64,000 nucleotides of DNA from assembly GCA_038087875.1 (NCBI GenBank), contig CM075977.1, positions 163,804,001 to 163,868,000 on the forward strand, given 5' to 3'. Positions 11,085 through 24,597 of this stretch are shown here, piece by piece (position 1 is the first letter of the stretch; each line of letters opens with the position of its first letter). This DNA is from Malacoraja senta. Lineage: Eukaryota. The notes below the pieces were generated by a model. It was not told where the DNA came from, searched no databases, and saw only the letters and a list, made by a program, of their open reading frames with translations. The position numbers were made by a program, and so were the translations under genes.

Positions 11085-14000
11085 TGTCGGGGGAGACGAT
11101 GTTTCCAGTCCGAGCGGCGCGGCACGTCGGTGGCTCCAAAACCTAGAGATGGGACTCGACCGGCGAGACCGACATCGGGCAGAGCCATAGTGGTGGGTGA
11201 CTACATTGTCTGAGGAGGAGACAGATGATTCTGTGGCGGCAGACAAGACGCGAGGATGGTCTGTTGCCTCCCTGGTGCCAGGGTTCAGGATGTCACGAGC
11301 CGAATATAGAACATCCTCGAGAGAGAAGGTGAACAGCCGGCAGTAGTTAGTGCACGTAGGCACAAACGACATCAGGAAGAAGAGGAAGGAGGTTCTCCAA
11401 CATGAGTTCAGAGAGTTGGGAAGAAGACTGAAAGGCAGGACTTCTAGGGTGGTTATCTCTGGATTGCTTCCAGTACCTCGTGCTAGTGAGGACGGGAACA
11501 GGGAGAAAGGGGATCTGAATGTGTGGCTGAGGGGCTGGAGCAGGGAGCAAGGGGATTTAGATTTATTGACCACTGGGATCTCTTCTGGGGTAGGGGTGAC
11601 CTGTACAAAAGGGACGGGTTACACCTTAACTGGAGGGGGACTTACATTCTGGCAGGCAGGTTTGCTAGGGCTACACGTGTGGGTTTAAACTAAATAGTGG
11701 GGGGGAGGGATTGACAAATTGGGAGTATAAAGATGGAGTTAAAGGGGAAGTGACTACAGGAAAAATTACAAAAGATTCTCGAATTAATGGAAAGGAAAGT
11801 TCGAGAAGAGATAAAAAGAGTACGGTCAGGACCAATTGCAAGCGGTGCGAGGGGGACGTGAATACGGAGGTCAAAGTGTTGTATATGAATGCGCGAAGTA
11901 TAAGAAATAAAGTGGACGAGCTTGAGGCTCAGTTAGAAATTGGCAAGTATGATGTTGTGGGAATTACAGAGACTTGGCTGCAAGAGGGCCAGTGCTGGGA
12001 ACTGAATTTTCAAGGGTATACCTCCTCTCGAAAAGACAGACAGGTGGGCAGAGGGTGTGGGGTTGCTCTGTTGGTGAGGAATTAAATTCAGTCCCTTGCA
12101 ATTGAAACAGGAGATGTGGAGTCAGTATGGATAGAACTAAGGAATTGTAAGGGTAAAAAGACCCTAATGGGACTAATCTACATGCCCCCAAACAGTAGCC
12201 TGGACATAGGGCGCAAGTTGAATCAGGAGTTAAAATTGGCATGTAGCAAAAGTAATGCTGTGGTTGTTATGGGAGATTTCAACATGCAGGTAGACTGGGA
12301 AAATCAGGTTGGTACTGGACCCCCAAGAAAGGGACTTTGTAGAGTGCCTTTGTGATGGATTCTTAGAGCAGCTTGTATTGGAGCCTACCAGGGGGAAGGC
12401 AATTCTGGATTTAGTGTTATGTAATGAACTGGATTTGATAAAGGACCTCGAGGTTAATGAGCCATTAGGAAGTAGTGACCATAGCATGGTCAGGTTTAAT
12501 CTACAATTGGAGAGGGAGAAGGGTAGATCGGAGGTGTCAGTGTTTACAGTTGAATAAAGGGGACTATGGGGCCATGAGGGAGGAGCTGGCCAAAGTTGAC
12601 TGGAAAGATACACTAGCAGGGATGACAGTGGAACAAAAATGGCAGGTATTTCTAGGGAATAATACAGAAGGTGTAGGATCAGTACATTGCTAGGAGGAAG
12701 AAAGATTCCAAGGGGAGTACGGGGCGACCGTGGCTGACAAGGGATGTCAGGGACAGTATAAAAATAAAAGAGAAGAAGTACAACATAGCAAAGATGAGCG
12801 GGAATCAAGAGGATTGGGTAATGTTTAAAGAGCAACAGAAGATAACTAAAAAGACAATAAGGGGAGAAAAGATGAGGTATGAAGGTAAGCCTAGCCCAAG
12901 AATATAAAGCAGGATAGTAAAAGCATCTTTAGGTATGTGAAGAGAAAAAATTAGTTAAGACCAAAGTTCGACCCCTTGAAGACCGAAAAAGGTGAATTTA
13001 TTATAGGGAACAAGGAAATGGCAGATGAGTTGAACAGGTATTTTGGATCCGTCTTCACAAAGGAGGACACAAACAATCTTCCTGATATAGTAGTGGCCAG
13101 AGGATCTGGGGTGACGGAGGAACTGAAGGAAATCCACATTAGGCAGGAAATGGTGTTGGGTAGACTGATGGGACTGAATGCTGATAAATCCCCAGGGCCT
13201 GATGGTCTGCATCCCAGGGTATTGAAGGAAGTGGCTCTAGAAATCGTGGATGCATTGGTGATAATTTTCCAATGTTCTATAGACTCAGGACCAGTTCCTA
13301 TGGATTGGAGGGTAGCTACTGTTATCCCACTTTTTAAGGAAGGCGGGAGAGAGAAAACAGTGAAAAAAAAGACCAGTTAGCCTGACATCGGTGGTGGGGA
13401 AGATGCTGGAGTCAATTATAAAAGATGAAATAGCGGCACATTTGGAATAGCAGTAACAGGAACGGTCCGAGTCAGCATGGATTTACGAAGGAGAAATCAT
13501 GCTTGACTAATCTTCTGGAATTTTTTGAAGATGTAACTAGGAAAATGGACAAGGGAGAGCCAGTGGATGTAGTGTACCTGACTTTCAGAAAGCATTTGAT
13601 AAGGTCCCACATAGGAGATTAGTGGGCAAAATTAGGGCACATGGTATTGGGGGTGCTGACATGGATAGAAAATTGGTTGGCAGACAGGAAACAGAGAGTG
13701 GGGATTAACGGGTCCCTTCAGAATGGCAGGCAGTGACTAGTGGGGTACCGCAAGGCTCGGTGCTGGGACCGCAGCTATTTACAATATACATCAATGATTT
13801 GGATGAAGGGATTCAAAGTAACATTAGCAATTTGCAGATGACACAAAGCTGGGTGGCAGTGTGAACTGTGAGGAGGATGCTATAAGAATGCAGGGTGACT
13901 TGGACAGGTTGGGGGGGTGGGCAGATGTATGGCAGATGAAGTTTAATGCGGATAAATGTGAGGTTATCCACTTTGGTAGCAAAAACAGGAAGGCAGATTA

Positions 14001-14751
14001 CATCTAAATGGCGTCAAGTTGGGAAAAGGGAAGTACAGTGGGATCTGGGGGTCCTTGTTCATCAGTCTATGAAAGTAAGCATGCAGGTACAGCAGGCAGT
14101 GAAGAAAGCGAATGGCATGTTGGCCTTTATAACAGGAGGAGTCGAGTATAGGAGCAAAGAACTCCTTCTGCAGTTGTACAGAGCCCTAGTGAGACCACAC
14201 TTGGAGTATTGTGTGCAGTTTTGGTCCCCTAATTTGAGGAAGGACATTCTTGCTATTGAGGGAGTGCAGCGTAGGTTTACAAGGTTATTTCCCGGGATGG
14301 CGGGACTGTCATAGGCTGAGAGAATGAAGCAGCTGGGCTTGTACACTCTGGAGTTTAGAAGATGAGAGGGAATCTTATTGAAACATATAAGGTTGTTAAG
14401 GGTTTGGACACGCTGGAGGCAGGAAATATGTTCCTCCAATGTGGGGGAGTCCCGAACCAGGGGCCGCAGTTTAAGAATAAGGTGTAAGCCATTTAGAACG
14501 GGGACGAGGAAACACTTTTTCTCACAGAGAGTTGTGAGTGTGTGGAATTCTCTGCTTCAGAGGGTGGTGGAGGCAGGTTCTCTGGATGCTTTCAAGAGAG
14601 AGCTAGATAATGCTCTTAAAGATAGGGGATATGGAGAAAGGCAGGAACGGGGTACTGATTGGGATGATCAGCCATGATCACATTGAATGGCGGTGCTGGC
14701 ATCGAAGGGCCGAATGGCCTACTCCCTGCACCTGTAGTCTATTGTCTATTG
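11085..14751 (+). mobile_element. Near full-length CR1-clade LINE (SGNH-esterase ORF1 fragment plus APE/RT ORF2), frameshifted
   Basis: ORF1 motifs IVVGD, HVGTNDI, DGLHL. ORF2 motifs YMNARSI, GITETW, MGDFN, SDH, KSPGPDG, FADD (13831-13842), LVRPHLEYCVQFW. Ends in a (CTATTGT)n tail. Confidence 0.95.
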
Positions 14752-15384
14752 ACCCAATTACCTATTCCACATTACCCCCATTCTCCCATCCCACTAATCC
14801 CAACCCCATCCACAAACCTTTCTCACCAATACTCAATGACTTGCAGATAAGAAAATTTGAGATAATTGGTGGTGGTGGGGGGAGGGGGGGGGGGGGGGGG
14901 GGGGTGAAATAGCCATATCCATTCTTTTTATATTTCTCTAGTTAGAATTCCTGACCTAACCAACAACAATTAAACACATACTAGTCTGACAGAGATAACA
15001 GATCATTGCCAAAATTTCATAAGCAGTAAACTTCTTTTCTGCACATTCATTGCTCTTAAATCACCTTTGTTATGGCTTTTGGAGGCCAAGTGCATCAGCC
15101 ATAGCTTAATTTATTTTCAGGATGTGAGGGTTATTGGCAAGATGAGAATTTGGTGCTCAACCCCTACTTGTCTTTGAAGAGGGTAAATCTTCTTGAATGG
15201 CTTCAATCTTTATGGTGAATGATGAATGTTGGATGGAGAAATTCAGGTTTAAAACCCAGCAATGATGAAAGAACAGTGATATATTTGCAAATCAGGACAA
15301 TGTGTGTCATTTGGAAAGAAACCTACAGTTCCTAATAGTAGTGTATTCATCTCTGAATATTAGCTTGTGGCTTCATCCCAATCC

Positions 15385-15700
15385 AGTGACTTGAGCACGT
15401 AAACCTAGGTTAGCACTGCAGTGTTTTGATGAGATGCTGAAACCAATGAGCGAACTTTTCTCTCATGTGGATAAATGGCTGCAATCTAAAGAAAGTTAGG
15501 GTTATTATCCCTTGTATTCTGGCACTATGCATCCCTCAAACAAATGATTTTAAAATAGCATTTGGTCGTCAAATTACTATTTGAAGATCCAAGTTGATTA
15601 CACATTATTTATTACATAACAATATTACCTACATTTTGAAATGAATTTATTAGATGTAAAATTGTTTTGAACTGCCTGAGGTTATGAACAGAACTTTAAA
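15385..15700 (+). mobile_element. Ancient DeuSINE (SacSINE1/AmnSINE1-like) remnant
   Basis: GACTTGAGCAC...GATGAGATGCTGAAACC...ATCCCTCAA...TGAGGTTATGAA resembles the SacSINE1 consensus as recalled. Confidence 0.55.
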
Positions 15701-16282
15701 TCCTCTCTGCTTTTGAATATAGATAATGATGTGGTTCATGGTGCTGGCGGTGCTGGCTCGAAGGGCCGAATGGCCTCCTCCTGCACCTATTTTCTATGGT
15801 AAAAGAAACCCCTCAACGTTTATTTGGAATGGTATTAAATGGTGAAAACATTTTAAAAAACTATGTTCCTGACCAAAACAGCAACAGCATGTGTACGAGA
15901 TATTGTTCAAGTTTCCAAGACCCCTTCCATTCAATTTAAGCAAAATTAAACTTTTACACTGCCAGTGTGAAATTGAATGTTTATTAAAAATGTGTGTTAA
16001 GATATTTCATAGTTAGGTATGCAATCTATTTTCGTTACCTAATGGTAGGTGACTTTATTGGGAGACATGAGGGCTGTAGTTAGAATGCTATTAAAAAATA
16101 TGTACCAGACCTTCTTACAGATTCAATCGAACTACACCTTATTTGGATTATCCAGCACAATGACATATAAAAAAATATTCAATAGACAAACAGCCTTTAC
16201 CTGAAATACTTAAGTGAAGGGTTATTTTGGAGTAATCATATATTACATTTCAAATAGTACAACGCCAATCATTACGATATCA

Positions 16283-16480
16283 AAACACAAAGTGCTAGAA
16301 TATCTCAGCGGGTCAGGCAGCATCTGTGGAGGGAATGGACAGGCGACGTTTCATCAGACTTAGTGTGATGAAGAATTCCGAACCGAAACGTCACCCCGTT
16401 TATTCCCTCTGGAGACGATGCCCGACTCGTTAAATTAGTTACTTGTTTAACTCCAAGATTTCAGCATCTGCAATTTCTTA
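16283..16480. mobile_element. Palindromic pair of Penelope termini, older subfamily
   Basis: GACGTTTCATCAGACT...GTGATGAAGAATTCCGAACCGAAACGTCACC. Confidence 0.75.
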
Positions 16481-17022
16481 CATCATCATTAAGATATGCA
16501 GTGGCTGCACACACACCCCACCGCACAACACAATGGCCAAATAAGGCCCGTAACGTAGAAATATATAAAGGTTGCAAGAAGGAAAATATCACAAACAACA
16601 AGTGCACCATAAAATGATAACCATGGGAAGATGATCTGTATTTCATCTTCCCACTCTCATTTTTGAACATTTCAATAACGGGGCTCACAGCTCCAGGTCT
16701 CCGTCCTGCGATTGCTGTCATCCGATTAACACCTGCTCTACAGCAGTTTTTCTATTTGCAGGTAATGCAAACAGAATATGCCCAGACATATACCTCGACA
16801 ATGACAAAATACTTAGTGAACTTCAAGGGCTACGAAATCTCATACAGAGCACAAACTGCCAACAAATGAAGGCGGAAGATGAGGAAACGCAGTTGTTTTT
16901 TGCATTTCAACAGTAAAACAAAATAAATTTTAAAAAGCAATATATCTAGAAAATTCTGATTTCATTCTTGGTCCAATAGACAACCAATCATCAGAAATAT
17001 CACCAGGTTTACTAAACCAAGT

Positions 17023-18681
17023 GTGTAAGAAGGAAATGCAGATGCTGATTTAAACCGAAAATAGACACAAAAGGCTGGAGTAACTCAGCGGCAGAGGCAG
17101 CATCTCTGGAGAAAAGGAATGGGTGATGTTTCGGGTTGAGACCCTTCTTCAGACTGGTTAGGGATAAGGGAAACGAGAGATATAGACGGTGATGTGGAGA
17201 GATAAAGAACAATGAATGAAAGATATGCAAAAAGTACCGATGATAAAGGAATCATTGTAAGCTGTTTGTAGTGTGAAAATGAGAAGCTAGTGTGACTTGG
17301 GTGGGGGAGGGATAGAGAGAGAGGGAATGCCGGAGCTACCTGAAGTGAAAGAAATCAATATTCATACCACTGGGCTGTAAGTTACCCAAGCGAAATATGA
17401 GATGCTGTTCCTTCAATTTGTGTTTAGCCTCACTCTGACAATGGAGGAGACCGAGGACAGAAAGGTCTGTGTAGGAATGGGAAGGAGAATTAAAGTGTCC
17501 GGCAACCGGGAGATCAGGTTGGTTCACGAGGGCTGAGCGAAGGTGTTCCACGAAACGATTGAACAATGGATATAGTAGATGAGGTTGGAGGAGGTGCAAG
17601 TGAACCTCCCGCCTAACCTGAAAAGGATTGTTGGGGTCCCTGGACAGAGTCGTGGGAGGGAGGTATAGCGACAGGTGTTGCATCTTCTGCGGTTGCTGGG
17701 GAAGGTACCTGGGGAGGGGGTAGTTTGGGTTGGAAGGGATGAGTTAAACAGGGAGTTGCGGAGGGAACTGCGGTAAGGCGGAAAGGGGTGGAGATGGGAA
17801 ATGTGGCTAGTGGTGTGATCCCATTGGAGGTGATGGAAATTTCAGAGGATTGTGTGTTGTATGCGACGGCTGATGGGGTGGAAGGTAAGGACTGGGGGAA
17901 CTCTGTCTCTGTTACGACTAGAGGGAGGGGGAGCATGGGCGGAGCTGCGGGTTATCGAGGAGACATGAGTGAGGGCCTCATATATGATGGGAGAGGGGAA
18001 CCCCCATTCCCTAAAGAATGAGGACATCTTGGATGTTCTAGTATGGAACACCTCATCTTGGGCGCAGATGCGGCATAGACGGAGGAATTGGGAGTATGGG
18101 ATAGAGTCTTTGCAGGAAGCAGGGTGGGAAGAAGTGTAGTTGCAGATAGTTGTGGGAGTCAGTGGGTTTGTAATAGACATCACTCAATAGTCTATTTCTC
18201 GTGATGGAAATTGTGAGAAAGGGGAGTGAGGTGTCGGAGATGGTCCAAGTAAATTTGAGTGCATGATGAAAATTGGTGGTGAAGTTGATGAAGTCCATGA
18301 TTTCTGCATGGGTGCAGGAGGTGGCACCAATGCAGTCATCAATGTAACACAGATAGAGTTCGGGGATGGGCCAGTACGCCTGGAACAGGGATTGTTCAAT
18401 GTACCCAACAAAGAGGCAGGCATAGCTGGGGCCCATGCGGGTGCCCATAGCTACGCCTTGGCCTTGGAGCAAGTGAGAGGAGTCAAAGGAGAAGTTGTTG
18501 AGGGTGAGGACCAGCTCCCCTAGGTGGAGTAGAGTGTTAGCAGAGAGATCACGTCACCATCTATATCTCTCGTTTCTCTTATCCCTAACCAAACTGAAGA
18601 ACGGTTTCGAACCAAAACGTCACCCGTTCTCTCCAGAGATGATGCTGTCCCGCTGAGTTACTCCAGCTTGTTGTGTCTATC
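17023..18681 (-). mobile_element. Penelope-like retroelement (RT plus GIY-YIG C-terminus), 5'-truncated, with inverted terminal repeat
   Basis: Motifs QGVAMGTRMGPSYA, YIDD (18335-18346), YYKPTDSH, SSHP..KDSIPYSQFLRL, RFVEH..PVAGHF..EQHLIFRLG.LQPSGMN. Terminal repeat at 17023-17200 with an inverted copy at 18549-18681. TSD-like ACTA(A)ACCAAGT at 17011-17022 and 18682-18692. Confidence 0.92.
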
Positions 18682-20444
18682 ACTAACCAAGTAATTGGCG
18701 ATGTGTAATCAAGAAAATGTAAGTGGTTGGATATCTAACGTGTGGAATGAAGCTTAAAAAAGTGCTTTCAGTGTTGTGGACAAGGCAGATAAAGTTGCGG
18801 GAAAGTCAGATCTGCTTTCCATTAATTTCTGGAATTTATAAAAGTCAGTAAATAATGCGGTAGAGACGGTGAGAATAGGACAGATGATGAGTGGGGGCAG
18901 AGCGTTTGGGATCGGGTAAGTGACGCAGAGACCCAGGAGTGGGATAGAGGTCGGCCGGAGACTCGTGAGTGCAGCACTGCGGGATCAGCAAGCCGGACCA
19001 TGCGACCCATTGCAGTAGGCGCCTGATATTGCAGGGGAGGGGAGGGGAGGGGAGGGGCAGGGGAGCGCGATATTGCAAGGGACTCCCGATACTGCAGAGA
19101 TTGCCCGATATTGCAGACAACGCCCGATGCAGCACGTTCCGCGATGTCCTCAATATTGCAGTTTAAGTAGGGAACTCGTGGTGAGGAAATTTAATTTAAG
19201 AGTTTTGCAGAAAATAATTTGTAATTAGCACACATTAACAATGTCGTGGGGTAATTGATTGCCAGGGTGAAAGGTCAGGACTGGGAGCTGGTAAATGGCG
19301 GATTGGGATGTGTTCATATTGCATTCAGATCATTTCTTCAAGCACTGCTCAACAGAAGGGCGATATCCTAGTTGCCTCCATCTATTTAATTCCTCCTCCT
19401 CCTCTTGCCCCCACCCTACTCCACCACTGCTCAGTGATATTAAGGCTTTCCTTTCCTGCTAGCAAAGTTGATTAAGCCAATGTTGACTTTTGTTCTGCTG
19501 ACTACTTTTGCCGTGCCAAGGTGGATTAACGTAGTTGGCATAATAAACTGTCACGCACTGACCATGACTGCTGTCATGAAACTGGCCAGTGGATGCACAA
19601 CAGTTTGAGAGCAAGAGAAATCCCATTCACTTCCACAATAGCAGTTGACATGCAATGCCTGCAAAGGGATGCCAGAAATCCCAGTAAAACAGTAATATTT
19701 ATATATATATATATATATATTGAACCTTGCTGAGATTCAGATGAGAAATTTCCTTAAACGCGAAGGCAGTTATGCACGGCTGCTGAAACCTCCAATACTC
19801 AATTCCTTCTCCCTAATTCCGGCATCTTGTCCAGCTATCCATGCCCCATAGCAGAAGCATCCATGTAGAGGGGCTGGAAACTGGAAGTACCCTGAGCTAA
19901 TTCTGCTACCACCATCATCTATTGCGACAAGTGATGGCTTCCACTGATTGTCGCCGGAAGCTTGCGTCCTTTTCAGGACGGACGATGACAGCGAGTTCAA
20001 CATTTGTAACAAGATGGACACGAAAAGAAGAAATCTATGCCACTCATTCTCCTAATTGCATGGCAAATGCCTACAACTGCACCAATATTTGGGAGCAACT
20101 GATTAGTGCAGTCAGCAGTATCCTTCACTGCTTACCACATATCCACAGAGTTTTGCAACTTGAAACAAGTCCAGAAACACTTTACACCTGTGGAATTGTA
20201 AGAACGGCGGCCAGGAGAATCCTTATACATAGAACTGGTGCGGTATGGCTTTTGCAGGTGGAGGAGAGAGGGTATCTTCCCGTTGATAAATGCATATTCA
20301 GTCTTGTGAGGGTAATGAAAGTCATTGTTGAATTGGCCACATAAATGCATGCATGCTGGAATGCCAGTTTGTTCAAAAGACACTCCAAAACAATGCCACC
20401 AATTTCAGTTTGTCCTGTCCGACTTTTAGACAATCTGTAAGAAT

Positions 20445-20870
20445 CTAGAATCTAGAATAGTACAACACAGGAACAGGCCCTTCATGCACCATAATGTGAA
20501 TATAAACTAATCCCATCTCTCTGCACAGGATCCGTACCCCTCTCTCCCCTGACCAAATATCTAAATGCCTCTTAAATAATGCTGTTGCGTCTACTTCTAC
20601 AGCCCCGGGCAGAGTATTCCATGCACCTACCACACTGTGTAAAAAAAATTGCCTTGTTACTCTCCTTCTCTCACCTTAAACCTAAGCTATATAGTATTTG
20701 ACATTTCCACCTTGGGGAAGATATTCCAACTATCTACCTACCTATGTCTCCAATATTCATATATACTTCTATCAGATCATCCCTCAGCCTCCAGGGCTTC
20801 AGCGAAAACATGGACGTTTGTTCAACCTTTCCATACCATTTAATACCATTTAATCCAGACAGCAGCCTGG
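20445..20870 (-). mobile_element. Older CR1-type LINE 3' fragment
   Basis: Similar to 3667-4175. Translates as VGAWNTLPGAVEVDATALFKRHLD, a CR1 C-terminus. Confidence 0.75.
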
Positions 20871-21384
20871 TGTCTAGAGCCAAAGGGGAATACAGAAAGT
20901 AGAACTTGGAACAAAAAACAAACTGCTAAAATAACTCAGTGGATTAAGCAACATCTGTGGAGGCAAAGGAATGGTCACTGTTCTGAGTTGAGATTCTGTA
21001 TCAGGACTAGGAGTGTCGAGGGTAGATAGCCATGTACAATGTGAAAGGGGGAGATGAGGTGGGGATCGTAAGTGATAGGTGGACCCAGGTGTGATAAATA
21101 ATTAGGAAGATGGAGCTGATCACCAAGGATCCTTGTAGAACCACTCTGGTTGCAGACCTTCAGGCAGAACAACACCCACCACTACTTTATGTCCTCTATG
21201 ACCAAGTCTTTTGACTATGGACTGAAGTTTGGGTTTTTGTTTATAAATTATAAGAAATTTGAATATTTATTTTCACTTAATTATAGTTTCACAATATCAA
21301 CATCATCTGCACAGATGTTAGTCCAATGAGTTTTGATTAATTGATATAGTAGAACTTACACCCGAAGAAAAGTCAGAGAGACCC

Positions 21385-21745
21385 ACAGTATGAAAAGGGG
21401 CCCTTCAGCCAAATGAGACAACACCAAATATTAAACATACATTCACGCTATTTACATACCAGCATCTGCAGTTCCTTTCTATGCACATTAACACTGATCC
21501 TACATTAATCCCATGTTTATTCTTACAAAATGCCTATCAACTCCCTACAGATTCTACTACACATCACACTCGGGATAATAAACAGTGACCAATTAACATG
21601 CTAATCAGTATATCTTTGGGATATGCAAGCAGCCAGAACATCAGAGGAAATTCACGCTATCACACGAAGAACGAGCAGATGCACCAGGGGTCAGCTTTGA
21701 ACATGGAGCTTTGAGGCAGCAACTCAAGTTGGTGTGCCATTGTGC
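21385..21745 (-). mobile_element. Degenerate V-SINE just downstream of exon 5
   Basis: Residual CCAATTAAC, TCTTTGGGATATG, GAGGCAGCAACTC and TGTGCCA blocks. Confidence 0.55.
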
Positions 21746-21843
21746 CACACCAAAATGCCTGCATTTCTCTCATTGATTCTTACAACATGCTTCTTGAATC
21801 CCTGAAAGTGGATTTTCTTTTAATCCAATACTTTAGCACTTAC

Positions 21844-21975
21844 CATCATTGCGTTTCCTCTTGTTATTCTCATTATTAGATGGTGTGATTCCCAGAATTC
21901 CACTGATGGAATAGGAAGATCCCGCAGAATCATTGACAGCGGAAGGAACAGGAGTCACGGGCACAGTGCTTGGTG
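21844..21975 (-). CDS. pax5: Pax5 exon 5 (octapeptide and basic NLS-like motif)
   Basis: ccatag|CACCAAGC...AATGATG|gtaagt. 132 nt. Encodes (A)[51 protein letters not shown] is the Pax5 octapeptide. Confidence 0.96.
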
Positions 21976-22080
21976 CTATGGATGTCAATGATAAATACGA
22001 TTAGTTCATTTGGAGACATTGTAAACTAAATCTTAGTTCCCCACACCTTTCTTCTGTGGAACTCAGTCTGGATCTGTCTT

Positions 22081-22197
22081 GTGTAGGAAAGAACTGCAGA
22101 TGCTGGTTTAAATCGAAGGTAGACACAAAATGCTGGAGTTACTCAGCGGGACAGGCATCATCTCTGGAGAGAAAGAATGGATGACGTTTCTTCAGAC
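22081..22197 (-). mobile_element. Short Penelope-terminus-derived insertion ~105 bp from the exon 5 acceptor
   Basis: Matches the terminal repeat with stem II deleted. Flanked by CTGGATCTGTCTT / CTGGATCCATCTT. Confidence 0.8.
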
Positions 22198-24597
22198 TGG
22201 ATCCATCTTTGCTGACTTCCCAACAAGGGTTGAGTTTCAAGGACAGGGATCATACAAATCAATTTGCCACACTTGGCATGATCATAATTAATTCCTGACT
22301 AGGACTGTGAATATTCAACATTAGGGGAGAAAAGAAATAACTCTGACCTGTAGCCTTATAGATAATTTCAATTCCAATTTTTTTTATTATTGATTCACAG
22401 TACAGGAATATAGTCAGCCAAGTACATTGAGATATACAGTCATATTAGGAAATTTGAAAGTTGGTAAAATTTCTACTCTTCTTTACACACTAAATTTTCA
22501 ATAAGAAGCAATGTGTATTTTCCAGGCTTAAAGCCAAAGCCAACGAATGATTCCTAGCACATGACTGGTTCGCTACCATGCATTTTAGAGCATGTGTTCT
22601 CACCTCAATGACAGCATAAACATATCACCCATTGTAACATATCTGGTCAAAAAATCATCGAAGTATTTCTACAGTCTCGATACATATATTTTGGTACCAA
22701 AGTCTGTAACTATTTGACCTGTCCCCACATCTCTGTTTGATCTCTACGGTCATATTTACATTCTATTGTTTCACCCAATTGAACACAATCCCAGCAAAGT
22801 CAATTGGAAGTATTAGAAACCTGTGGCTATTTGCCTAATTGGAAGTTTATTGGTTTTGGTTGAACTCACCACCAGTCAGTGTTAATTGATTGACTGATTT
22901 TTTTTAGCATCCTGTGGATACAAGTTCATCAAACCCAAAAGAAGTAGTTTGTTATTAGCCCACTAAACCCCTGAGAACCATAAGGAAATTGGTCCATTGA
23001 GTTCTTGAGAAACTATTGATAATAATAGAATACACTTACTAGTTTACTCCAAGTCAATAACATACATGTACACAAATTGTCTTCTGAGGCCTGGTATCTG
23101 AGATTACATAAAAAATGGGACAGGGAATACAACTACCTGTGGAACTGCACCTCAGCATGGTCCACTGCAAGAACGAGGCATACGAACAGGGCAAGAAAGA
23201 ATGAGCTTTCATACACCCTTGCTAATGGAGTTATGAATTTTGACTCTATGTTGCGCATTATCATAACTCAGATGCAAATAATGGCCAAAATCCACACATT
23301 AGCAGGTCAGCTAGAGCATGCCTTTCAAATGCTCATCTGTACTGTGGATCATAAACTTTACACAAGCACTGAGGGTTATGCTTAAAATAAAGGTCAATTT
23401 AAAAAAAGTTCAATTTTGGTGGAAACTTAAATCACACACTGCAAATTGCAAAGGCACAATCAACACTGAATGGGAAACTGAGAAAGGGGAATTAAAAGAA
23501 AAGAATAAAACTTTCATAACTCCTTTGTGCTTAATGATGCAGAAAATGTAATATAGTTTCCTTTATGGATGTATTACTTTAATTACATCACATTCTATGG
23601 CCATTCTATTGCCACTTTAAATTTTGGATTTCAATTTTGTATTACAATGTGAAATCTTTTTATCAAAATAATCGTCAGACTTCAGAACCCAAGTTATATC
23701 GGTGAATTGCATTTAAACTATAAGTTGCTAAGGAACACCGAGGTGGTGGAGAAGTTGATGCATTTTCATTGTAAGACAGAGAAACCCAACAGTAATAACA
23801 ATCAGATTACATTACAGTTATTGCCCAGATGAGTGGTAACTAATTAGAGGTTAATCTTCTGTCCTGTTTGAGCTCCGATATAAACTGATCAAGAATGAAT
23901 ATAATAATGGCCTGATGTATATTCATATAAAAAGCAAAGCATGCCCAGGAGTAATAGATGAGGTTAACCAAATTAGTTCATGCTCTCTTTGTTCAGTAAA
24001 TAAATTAAAAGATGTGGCCCATAGATATTTGACCAGATTTAAAGTTATCAGTTCTAGAAAGAAATCAAAGTGACATTTTAAGTGAGGGGTAAAATCATTT
24101 TTATGTTGGATCAAATATAATACTTAGTCATACAAACATTGGAGAAAATCAAATGTTAAACTCAGTTCGCTAAGAATCAATTATATTCAGAATATTATGC
24201 ATCTGATTGAACAAAGAGAACAAACTCTGTTACATGACAACCAATGCGTTCTTGTTTCAAAAGGTCTACAGGTCTGCTGACAGTTTTACCAGAAAAACCT
24301 CAAACCCTTAAGAGCCACCCAACTCTCATGTGAAGAATGGGCACTTTCCCACAAACCCCAATCAGATAAGGAGCTATAATGAAAAATGACCAACATATGG
24401 GTAGAAGCTGTGGGGCCACAGGTTAGAAAATCACAAATAACAGTATAGAAAGGGACTGACAGAGAGAGCAAGAATTAATTTCTACTCTGATTAGTTGCTC
24501 TGATGCAGTTCATCATCAGATTAAATGCCAGGTATTTGAAATTTAGAGCAATATATCTCTGACATAAGTGAAACAACAGTTTTGCAATGATTCTTAC

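Larger units (their letters stand above)
1..21843 (-). other. pax5: Pax5 intron 5 (continues beyond window start)
   Basis: Follows the exon 5 donor. No partial-homeodomain exon 6 sequence (FLRKQMRG/QQLE-like) was found by eye. Intron 5 is large in mammals. Confidence 0.7.

Noticed and set aside
11031-12835. Long minus-strand ORFs (180 and 201 aa)
   Set aside because: Antisense frames of the CR1 element.
19770-20433. Cluster of overlapping 83-140 aa ORFs
   Set aside because: No recognisable domain in any listed frame, and not Pax5 exon 6.
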